IMG/VR virus record: IMGVR_UViG_3300028805_000046
Span: 96,001-160,000 of that record
Direction: 5' to 3' (one strand)
Length of the DNA stretch: 64,000 nucleotides
DNA from: a virus
Taxonomy: Duplodnaviria > Caudoviricetes
Each line of letters starts with the position of its first letter. Positions within the stretch are counted from its first letter, which is position 1. Positions 56,561-64,000 of this stretch are shown piece by piece. Below the pieces are notes generated by a model. That model worked only from the letters and a program-made list of their open reading frames with translations, ran no database searches and was not told the DNA's origin. The translations under genes were made by a program, and so were the position numbers.

Positions 56561-58732
56561 ATGAAAATAGAGTTCACACAAGATTTTAAAGACAAAGTAC
56601 TTAGAGCTGAGGGCGGCGTAAAGTTTGTCCTCAAAGGCTTTGTACTTGCGTCTTCTGCAGATAGCGTAGAAACGCTTGATGATGTTCGTAAGTTGAACTT
56701 GATTACAAACGGCAATGATCCTGACAAGGATTTTATTGAGCAGCTCTTCAATGTTGCATATACGCCTGCACTTGAAATAGGAAAGTTTGGCACATACAAG
56801 TTGTTCTTGCCAAAACTTACACATGACGTAACCGCTATTCTTATTGGTGAGTGCTATAATGAAAGTAAGATTGCTGTTACATCAACCGGTGAATATTTCG
56901 TTGCTGGAACTGTTGCTATTTCAGCTGGTACTACAGACGTCAACGTTGCGTTGACCATTACATTTAACGATGAAGAAGTTTCTTATACTGCTCGGAACAG
57001 TGACCGTCATGATGCTGGCACTGTTGAGTATAATACTGATAATGCACTTTGGCTTATTCCTTCCATGAGTGACCAGCAGAAGTTTGGTCTTGAAGAAGAA
57101 ATTAAAGACACTATTGGCGCGGAAGTTCCTACATCCGCAAATGCAATCAACGTTCTGCCAATAACCGAACGCAATGACGCTCCTTGGAATGAGCCTGTTC
57201 AGTTCAGCGTCTGGGACGAAAACATCCCAGGCAAACCGCAGATGCTCCTTTCTTATGGAGATAGAACAAGTGCCTGTTCAGAATTTGGATTTGAACGTGG
57301 CACTGATTATTTCGCAATGAACGCTAAGACAGATGAACCTGTCAACTATTCATTGCTTGATAATGACGCTACTTTTACCTCTGGAGGCATTGACGGATCA
57401 TGCCGTATTCTTGGTGAAAACGATGAACTTATCGTTGGTTCAAATGACATGCTTTTAAAGACCAAGAATGTTACTGTTGGCGGCGTGTCTTCCTCTGGTT
57501 CTTGCAACGATTTCTTGATGAAAGCAAACGATGTCCATGTAGTAGACAGCTCATTGCTTAACTTCTATGGAGTCAGTCTCGGAAATCTTAATCACATTGC
57601 TAATAGCAGCGACGTTTCAGTTGTCAACTCGCAAGACATTAATGTTAATGCTTCTGAAAATGGTCTTATCATCAATAGTACAGGAATTGATGCCGAAGCA
57701 AAGAACTTCATCGCTTTAGGTGCGAATGATTCTGTTGTTAAAGATGACAATACGTTCGTTGCGGGTGGTCCTGGATTGAAAGCAAATTATGGCACAAAGG
57801 ATAATTCATTCTATTTTGGTCAGCACAATGCAGTCAATGAAAATGTAGATTCACACTTCCGTTGGACAGTATCTGACGGCTATTACATTCCTGAAGCACA
57901 TCCGATTAACCCGTCAACTGGTCAGCCTATTGATGTTTCAACAGTAACGCCTACTGACAATGCAAAGACTGAATATGCCCGTTTCATGAAGCGCATTGAT
58001 ACATTCTCTGTGGAAAGAGGAAGTCTTCCAGGTGGTTCCGGCTATACTGAATACTTTGCTATTCGTAAGGCATTTGCTGGTGGAGAAATTAAAGGTCAAG
58101 GTGTTAAGCCAGGACAGTTGTGGAACGTAAGCGACACGCTTTTCTTGACAGATAAAATCTTGTTCACTAAGCCTAATGACAACAGCTCTGATGGTCTTGC
58201 AGAAATAAAGATTGCTGACATGCGTCGTTTCATCAATGGCGAGTTTGATAATGTGCCTGCTGTTCAAGTTGATACATCAGTCGCAGAATCAGAAGTTTAC
58301 GCTACTTATGGCGCTCGCACTTCAGAGATCATTCTTAGAGAACCAATCTATACTTTAACTAATGAAAACGGCCAAATTGTTTCTGTCACGAATGGACACC
58401 TTGGTGATTTGAGAAAGGCACAAGAAGAACATCCTGACTCTGTCATCGCTAATGTGAACACCGTCATTCCGTATGAACTTGTACAATGGGAAATGGCACA
58501 GTTATTCCCTCAGGGAGTAAGTTCTTGGGACTACTCAAAGCCGTTCACGTTCTACGTTGTCAATGCATCTAACGTTGATATGCAGTATCAGGCGTATCTT
58601 GAAAAGCTTGGTCCATTCCACGCTTTGTACTCAAAGATGATTCCTGTTCGTGCAGGCGAATGCGTAATGTTACGATTTGCTTCAACTTCAGAAGTAAGAG
58701 GCGTAATAAATGTAAGTTATGACGCCCAATAA
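56561..58732 (+). CDS. Putative tail fibre protein
   Basis: Beta-helix-like Asn/Ser repeats; PQMLLS and GQHN…V.DG motifs shared with the previous gene. Confidence 0.65.
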   Translation: MKIEFTQDFKDKVLRAEGGVKFVLKGFVLASSADSVETLDDVRKLNLITNGNDPDKDFIEQLFNVAYTPALEIGKFGTYKLFLPKLTHDVTAILIGECYNESKIAVTSTGEYFVAGTVAISAGTTDVNVALTITFNDEEVSYTARNSDRHDAGTVEYNTDNALWLIPSMSDQQKFGLEEEIKDTIGAEVPTSANAINVLPITERNDAPWNEPVQFSVWDENIPGKPQMLLSYGDRTSACSEFGFERGTDYFAMNAKTDEPVNYSLLDNDATFTSGGIDGSCRILGENDELIVGSNDMLLKTKNVTVGGVSSSGSCNDFLMKANDVHVVDSSLLNFYGVSLGNLNHIANSSDVSVVNSQDINVNASENGLIINSTGIDAEAKNFIALGANDSVVKDDNTFVAGGPGLKANYGTKDNSFYFGQHNAVNENVDSHFRWTVSDGYYIPEAHPINPSTGQPIDVSTVTPTDNAKTEYARFMKRIDTFSVERGSLPGGSGYTEYFAIRKAFAGGEIKGQGVKPGQLWNVSDTLFLTDKILFTKPNDNSSDGLAEIKIADMRRFINGEFDNVPAVQVDTSVAESEVYATYGARTSEIILREPIYTLTNENGQIVSVTNGHLGDLRKAQEEHPDSVIANVNTVIPYELVQWEMAQLFPQGVSSWDYSKPFTFYVVNASNVDMQYQAYLEKLGPFHALYSKMIPVRAGECVMLRFASTSEVRGVINVSYDAQ

Positions 58733-58739
58733 ATAAAAC

Positions 58740-59336
58740 ATGAGTTTTAAGGCGTACATGCATAAGTATCTAAATCCGGCTGGCGAAGTAAAGCCGGATT
58801 TTTACATAACCGCTACATTGAATGCACTGAATAAGTACATGCAGGAAATTGAGCGTATGCATTCAGCTCCGCAGTATCAAGTAAGCGGAACTATCACTTA
58901 CCCAGGTACGCCGCCTGTCGTTGTTTCTTATTCAGGACCAACAGGCTATTGGGTACCAAAGAAAAAACGTTTTACATACAGTGAAGTGAAGAATGCACTG
59001 TGGTGCGGAGATCCAAAACAGTGCTTTATAAATCTGTTCAATCTTATAGGTAAAAAACTTGCTGATAATTTCTGCGTCATGAAAGGCGGAGCGGTTATCG
59101 GACAAGCAAGAGTAAACCTCAGTGTATCTCATTTTGCTGCAGTCGCTGCAATGTTCTATGCCAAGCTTAAAGTCATTGGAAAGGCGATGACACCTGAGTT
59201 ATTTCTGGACACTGAAAGCGAGTACATCACAAAAGCAATAAAGATGATTCCTCCTGCATTTGGATCGTTGGCAGGTCCTATGACTGGTGGAATCTTCACA
59301 GGTACAGTTGGAGGAAACCTTGGAAACACTCTTTAA
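58740..59336 (+). CDS. Hypothetical late protein
   Basis: Late promoter at 58728. Confidence 0.7.
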   Translation: MSFKAYMHKYLNPAGEVKPDFYITATLNALNKYMQEIERMHSAPQYQVSGTITYPGTPPVVVSYSGPTGYWVPKKKRFTYSEVKNALWCGDPKQCFINLFNLIGKKLADNFCVMKGGAVIGQARVNLSVSHFAAVAAMFYAKLKVIGKAMTPELFLDTESEYITKAIKMIPPAFGSLAGPMTGGIFTGTVGGNLGNTL

Positions 59337-60219
59337 TTATCTCGAAATTCCGTTAAAGGATTTGCCATCACAAGGCAAGTTCTATTCAAGTCAAGCAAAG
59401 ATTGAAGGACGATTCCTTACAGTCGGCGATGTAAAGTTCTTATCTTTGCTTATGCCTGAAAATGCTGAAGAAATCATCAACTCAATTCTCAAGAACTGTT
59501 TCAGATTCACGTTCTTGGCATTTGATGGTCTGCTTCTTTGCGACCGTGAGTATCTTATCTTCTGGCTCCGTGCTAACTCTTATACGAATGAAAGCGGTTA
59601 CAGCCTTAAGGTTGGTAAGTGTCATTCTTGCGGCAATTCGTACACGCATGCAGTTGACCTTGAAGAAGTCCAGACTAATCAGCTTGATGACTTTGACCCC
59701 GTCGTTATTCTTCCACAATCACAGCGAGCAGTTCGCATTAAACTGCCTAACGTCGCATCAATGAAAATCAAAGATGATGATAAAGACTTCCAGCTAGTTG
59801 CTAGAATGATTGACTGTGGGACTGTTGACCCGAAGCAGTACTTGTCTGAATTTTCAACATACGACTTGGCTTTCTTGATTGACCATTGCAAGTCCATCAA
59901 GGTTGGATTTGATACGCACTTTAATACAGTCTGTCCGAAGTGTCATGCTACTAATGAAATTGAAGCAGAGCTTTCAGACGAGAATATGTTCACTATTCAT
60001 GAAATGCACGACATTATCCGAATGACAACTCTCATCACGCATAACGTTGGCGTTCAGATTCCAGACACATATTCATGGCCTGAACTTGAAACCTTGCAGC
60101 AAGTCGCAAGTGAAATCATTAAGAACGAGAACGATGAAAACTCAAAGGCAGAAGCCAAGGCTAAAGCACAAGCAGCAAGCATGGCTGCTAAGCATAATGT
60201 CAAGAACGTTCACGTCTAA
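59320..60219 (+). CDS. Second gp26-like baseplate hub assembly protein with a C-terminal gp51-like extension
   Basis: LPSQGKFY, D…L.FWLR, CxxCG, LP.S…LP, CPKC; TTG start after GGAGGA. Confidence 0.7.
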   Translation: METLFNYLEIPLKDLPSQGKFYSSQAKIEGRFLTVGDVKFLSLLMPENAEEIINSILKNCFRFTFLAFDGLLLCDREYLIFWLRANSYTNESGYSLKVGKCHSCGNSYTHAVDLEEVQTNQLDDFDPVVILPQSQRAVRIKLPNVASMKIKDDDKDFQLVARMIDCGTVDPKQYLSEFSTYDLAFLIDHCKSIKVGFDTHFNTVCPKCHATNEIEAELSDENMFTIHEMHDIIRMTTLITHNVGVQIPDTYSWPELETLQQVASEIIKNENDENSKAEAKAKAQAASMAAKHNVKNVHV

Positions 60220-60235
60220 TTCCTACTTCTTAGAG

Positions 60236-60279
60236 AAAAAAATTAGGGTCTTTCAATGATCCTAATTTTTTATTATATT
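60236..60279 (+). terminator. Terminator hairpin overlapping a sigma70-like promoter (TTTCAA-N17-TATATT)
   Basis: AAAAAATTAGGGTC/GATCCTAATTTTTT with the -35 hexamer in the loop. Confidence 0.7.
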
Positions 60280-60309
60280 TTCTAATGGAAAAATTATAAA
60301 GAGGAGAAT

Positions 60310-60912
60310 ATGGGAAAATATGTAGACAACAAAAGACTAAAGGAAGTGGTATCACTTTACAATTCACTTAATGCTTATGATACTGGTGATTGGTGCCCGA
60401 AGTACCTTGAGAACCAAGAAAAACGTCTAAAGTCTGGCAAGATCACGAAAGATGACTATATGAAGTGTAAGGAATTCATTCATAGAAAGGTCAAGCAGAT
60501 TGAAGATCTTCAAGACAAGTATCAGAAATTGACGCTTGAAGAACGCCGAAAGTATGATTACGAATTTGACAAGTTGAAGGATGAGTTCTGTGATATGATC
60601 ATCAAGATTGCGAATGGCCGAGTCAATTCGTTCAAGCTCAGATCTCAGCCAAATCTCGTCAACCACATTGATGACATTATGCAAGACGCAGTCATTCAAG
60701 TATTTCGTTACATCAACCGATTTGACGAATCACGAGGCACAAGTGCTTTTTCTTACGTCACTGAACAGTGCTCAAACGCCATTAAGCAGGATCTTAAGAA
60801 GATTCAGGAACACGATAAGACATACGTCAGCGGCATTGATTTCTTTGACAACATCAACACTATTGACAACCCGCATGACGGCGTTAGCGGTCTTGCTAAT
60901 TTCATGGAGTAA
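60310..60912 (+). CDS. Late-transcription sigma factor, T4 gp55-like
   Basis: YVDNK.L…KIA…D…DA….RY…FD……AFSY.T….NA….KK. Confidence 0.88.
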   Translation: MGKYVDNKRLKEVVSLYNSLNAYDTGDWCPKYLENQEKRLKSGKITKDDYMKCKEFIHRKVKQIEDLQDKYQKLTLEERRKYDYEFDKLKDEFCDMIIKIANGRVNSFKLRSQPNLVNHIDDIMQDAVIQVFRYINRFDESRGTSAFSYVTEQCSNAIKQDLKKIQEHDKTYVSGIDFFDNINTIDNPHDGVSGLANFME

Positions 60913-60914
60913 AT

Positions 60915-61418
60915 ATGATTACAAAAGTAACTAGAGAAATCCAGCGTTTTGAAATAAAGAACGTTTACGAATGGATGCAGAACAATATTTCTAATGCTGA
61001 GTTCTTTACAGAAGTAGCATTGCTCATCTATAACAACATTACACAGATGGCTCCTTATTACAAGGAGATCATTACTGGCTGCTATGATGAAAATCAGGAC
61101 AAGGAGTATCACGAATATGTTTCTGCTGTTCGTAAGCTTTACATGCAGTATGTTGACCGCAACGAGCAAGGCGAACCGAAACTTGATGAGCGTGGCAATC
61201 CTGTCGTAACTGAACAGATTGTCGAGTTCACTGAAGCTAAGAAGAAGCTAGACTCTGAACATACTGACTTGATTAAGCGAGTACAGAACAAAGATGCAAC
61301 AAACGCAAAGTTCCTTCAGGAAAAAATGAATGTGGAGTACTTTACGCTTGAATACGAAGAAGCCAAGTATGATAAGCTCTCGCTTCCGCCGTTTGTAGTT
61401 GGATTCTTGTTTAGATAA
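60915..61418 (+). CDS. Hypothetical protein
   Basis: GGAG SD, follows gp55. Confidence 0.75.
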   Translation: MITKVTREIQRFEIKNVYEWMQNNISNAEFFTEVALLIYNNITQMAPYYKEIITGCYDENQDKEYHEYVSAVRKLYMQYVDRNEQGEPKLDERGNPVVTEQIVEFTEAKKKLDSEHTDLIKRVQNKDATNAKFLQEKMNVEYFTLEYEEAKYDKLSLPPFVVGFLFR

Positions 61419-61420
61419 GA

Positions 61421-62689
61421 TTAACGAATTTGTTCATGCTGATGGGTGGCGCTGTTATAGTAGCCACCTTTCTTTGTCCATCGAGTCATTTCCTGGTCAG
61501 CGATGTACTGACCAGTCTTACTAATGCTGCTTGCTTTCTTCAATGAGAAGTCGCCCCATGTTGAAGTAGATGGGTCACCATTTGCTTCCCAGTTAGAAAC
61601 AAGTCCAGACTTATTAGCAGCGTCTTCAATGGTCTTGCGCTGTTCGTCACTCATGTTCTGCAATGTAATCTTATTGTGTCTTGCGTCATAGAACGTCAAG
61701 TCAATCTTTTGACCAAGAGTATGCGAACCACTCTTAGTTCCAAGACCAACTTCGTGACCAGTGTCATTATAGGCGTTTACTTCAACAGTGACACCTTTCT
61801 TTCTGAGTTCATTTCTCAAGTTGAATAAGCTGACGTCCATTTTCTCAGCATTGTCTTTAAGAACTTTGTCAAGAACTTGGCGATTTACGTTTACATGAGT
61901 AGCTGTCAATATTTTATGATGAAGAGCTTCTGATTCTTCTTCAGTGACATTAAAGTCCTTAGTTCCTTCTGCAACGCCGTGTCTTGTATTGACGCCTTTA
62001 GTTCCATAAATGTCGGCATTCACAAGACCTTCAAGATGCATCTCGCCATCATATTGAACTTTATTTGCAAGATTGATAAGTTTTTCCATCTGGTCAGTAC
62101 GTTCTTGTTCTGGTGTATTGATGACATTAAGTCCAGATGCGATAGCACCAGCTGTTCTGGAAAGAACTGCGTCATCAACATCAAAGTTCTCACTGATTGT
62201 TCTTACAACGAACTGCATTGAAAGCTGGACAGGTGAAACACCACCAGTTCTTGAAAACTGTCCATCGTCATAATCTTGCAGCATGCACCAGAAGCAGCGT
62301 CCACGAAGTACCTTATACATCATGTTGTCGTATTCTCTGACAATGATAGCGATAACCTTCGGCGTGCCTGAATAACTGTACTGGTGCATTCCTTTGTTGA
62401 CTACGCCTGCAAGTTTGTCAATGTACTTCGTCACATCCATGTTATCAGTTTCTTCAAAGCTGATATTCAATCCACGAGCAGACAAGTCCCAGATAGGAAT
62501 AGTGAAGTAACCGCCTCCACCGTAAAACACTGCACCCGCTGAAGTATCGCCGTCTGCGTCTGTAAACTTCACAGAACGGATTGCATACTTTAACTTTTCT
62601 TGGATTCCGTTTTCATCAATAATATCCACAACGAAACGAAAAGGAAGTTGCGGCATAGTTTGAAAGAATTTCTTTACTGCTAACGGCAT
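61421..62689 (-). CDS. Tube-fold baseplate protein fused to a peptidase M15-like domain
   Basis: N-terminal L.ISFEET tube-like domain; C-terminal SGSHTLGQKIDL matches SxHxxGxxxD. Confidence 0.55.
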   Translation of the reverse strand: MPLAVKKFFQTMPQLPFRFVVDIIDENGIQEKLKYAIRSVKFTDADGDTSAGAVFYGGGGYFTIPIWDLSARGLNISFEETDNMDVTKYIDKLAGVVNKGMHQYSYSGTPKVIAIIVREYDNMMYKVLRGRCFWCMLQDYDDGQFSRTGGVSPVQLSMQFVVRTISENFDVDDAVLSRTAGAIASGLNVINTPEQERTDQMEKLINLANKVQYDGEMHLEGLVNADIYGTKGVNTRHGVAEGTKDFNVTEEESEALHHKILTATHVNVNRQVLDKVLKDNAEKMDVSLFNLRNELRKKGVTVEVNAYNDTGHEVGLGTKSGSHTLGQKIDLTFYDARHNKITLQNMSDEQRKTIEDAANKSGLVSNWEANGDPSTSTWGDFSLKKASSISKTGQYIADQEMTRWTKKGGYYNSATHQHEQIR

Positions 62690-62690
62690 C

Positions 62691-63311
62691 TTATCCTCTC
62701 TTGTATTCGTTGAAGGTGAATGTTACTGTCCATTTGCAGAGCGACTCGCCTTGATAGTCAAATTCATAAGGCACGACTTTCGCTATTCTGCATTGTGTAA
62801 ATGAATGCGTGTAAACGACTCGATTTAACTTATTGTTTAGAATGTCAATCTGAATCTTGTCAAAGTCAATGTCATCTGGAGCAATATGATAGTCAGCGGC
62901 TGCTGCGCCACCAGTATGTCCATCATAATTCTCGACGATCTCAAAGCCTTTGCCGTATCGTCCATGTCTTGTAAGCCAGCTATGAATGCCAAGTCTAAAG
63001 GCAGTATTACCAGTATGTCCATGAACATTGACAGTCGCATTGCTATCAGCAGCTGCGCGGCCGGTATCAAGCGACTCGAAGAAATCAATCGTAAATTCTC
63101 TAACGCTGTCTGATTTCGGGATAAGGAACTTCTGTGCCATGTTTCCGTACTTATAGACAGCGGTCTCATATTGGAGAATCTTAGGAGGAGTAAATCCGAT
63201 ACACTGAACGACTTCAATAGGCTCATTTGCTCCATCAGCAAAGATAGAACAAGTGTAGCTGTCGCTTAGCTTAACGGTCTTCTCTCTAAAATAATTTCCA
63301 ATCCTTAACAT
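62691..63311 (-). CDS. Tail tube-fold protein
   Basis: F.PP…YG…FTIDFFES…F..C.I…FDY…W.VTF.F; start reassigned after a minus-strand late promoter. Confidence 0.55.
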   Translation of the reverse strand: MLRIGNYFREKTVKLSDSYTCSIFADGANEPIEVVQCIGFTPPKILQYETAVYKYGNMAQKFLIPKSDSVREFTIDFFESLDTGRAAADSNATVNVHGHTGNTAFRLGIHSWLTRHGRYGKGFEIVENYDGHTGGAAAADYHIAPDDIDFDKIQIDILNNKLNRVVYTHSFTQCRIAKVVPYEFDYQGESLCKWTVTFTFNEYKRG

Positions 63312-63322
63312 ATAATATTTAT

Positions 63323-64000
63323 CTATGCACGGACATTTGTGTTGCCGACATGAAGCATAGCGCCGCAGATATAGCACTGCTCAACATTAGCGACCAAGTG
63401 CTTTAGCTGATTGCTTCCGAGGTCAACATAGCCTGCTGCGTCTATCTTAGCATCACCACCTGCAAAGATCTCGCAGTTACCATCTGTGCTAATCTTTGAA
63501 TTGCCGTAAACCTTGACATTCAAGTTGCCTTTTGGGTTCATCTGATTGCCAGTATAGATTTCAATGTCGCCGTTCTTATTAATGCAAGTCATAGCACCAG
63601 TTCTGTGAGTAAATACAAGTTCACCAGACTTTCTATTCAATGTCAAGAAGTCGCCTTGGTCAGTTTCCATCAAGACCATCTTGTGCGGATATTCAGACTT
63701 ATTCTGTCTGCCAGTAAGACCCATTCGTGAGTAGCTGTTATACTGGTTAAATGCAATTCCGTTGAATACTGGACGCTGAACGTCGCCTTTCTCAAAATAG
63801 CCACGGACCATCGTTCCTACTTCTGGAATGACTTGAGAACCGCATTTACCACCGATAAATGACATATCAGGAATTGCCCACGGAAGCCATTCATCTTCCA
63901 GGTTTTCATAATAGCCAATGACACGAATCTTTACTCGGCCCAATCTTTCGGGGTCATCGTTATCAACCACTTTACCAGTCCACTTTTCGTAATTTGGAGT
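63323..64000 (-). CDS. Baseplate central spike, gp5/VgrG OB-fold (5' partial)
   Basis: WTGKVVDNDDPERLGRVKIRV..LPWA.P…P.VG..V…F..GD…P; open to the window edge. Confidence 0.9.
   Translation of the reverse strand, partial: TPNYEKWTGKVVDNDDPERLGRVKIRVIGYYENLEDEWLPWAIPDMSFIGGKCGSQVIPEVGTMVRGYFEKGDVQRPVFNGIAFNQYNSYSRMGLTGRQNKSEYPHKMVLMETDQGDFLTLNRKSGELVFTHRTGAMTCINKNGDIEIYTGNQMNPKGNLNVKVYGNSKISTDGNCEIFAGGDAKIDAAGYVDLGSNQLKHLVANVEQCYICGAMLHVGNTNVRA

Noticed and set aside
1-64000. Stop-codon reassignment (TAG/TGA recoding), as in some large gut phages
   Set aside because: Conserved genes (portal, MCP, gp6, helicase) are full length in code 11. TAG occurs at gene ends, often overlapping the next SD. 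The few in-frame neighbours (6553/6563, 32679/32683) are expected by chance.

Overview
A 64-kb segment of a large T4-like (myovirus-type) bacteriophage genome. It uses the standard genetic code and is mostly + strand. It carries a reshuffled T4-like morphogenesis set: gp13, gp21, TerL-N, gp53, gp25, TerS, gp68-like, portal, tube, scaffold, MCP, two gp26-like genes, gp6, gp3, gp7-like, tail fibres and gp5. It also encodes RegA, the late sigma factor gp55, a DinG helicase and a glycosyltransferase, and has many [T/A/G]ATAAATA late promoters. A 1579-aa secreted cadherin-repeat protein resembles Fibrobacter surface proteins, which suggests an anaerobic gut/rumen host (inference). Most notable observations: (1) A ~120-nt RNA architecture occurs twice, in front of two unrelated free-standing homing endonuclease genes. 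It has a three-way junction, a kissing loop and a loop that pairs with the gene's own Shine-Dalgarno, and it is bisected by a late promoter. The paired sequences differ between the copies while the pairings are kept. (2) The anaerobic ribonucleotide reductase nrdD is fractured at its catalytic Cys by an atypically split intein with a 15-aa N-fragment, with an HNH endonuclease gene between the halves. (3) The terminase large subunit ends in a 38-aa split-intein N-fragment whose partner is not in the window. (4) There is a ~340-nt highly structured non-coding region. All calls come from reading motifs by eye; no database search or folding program was run.
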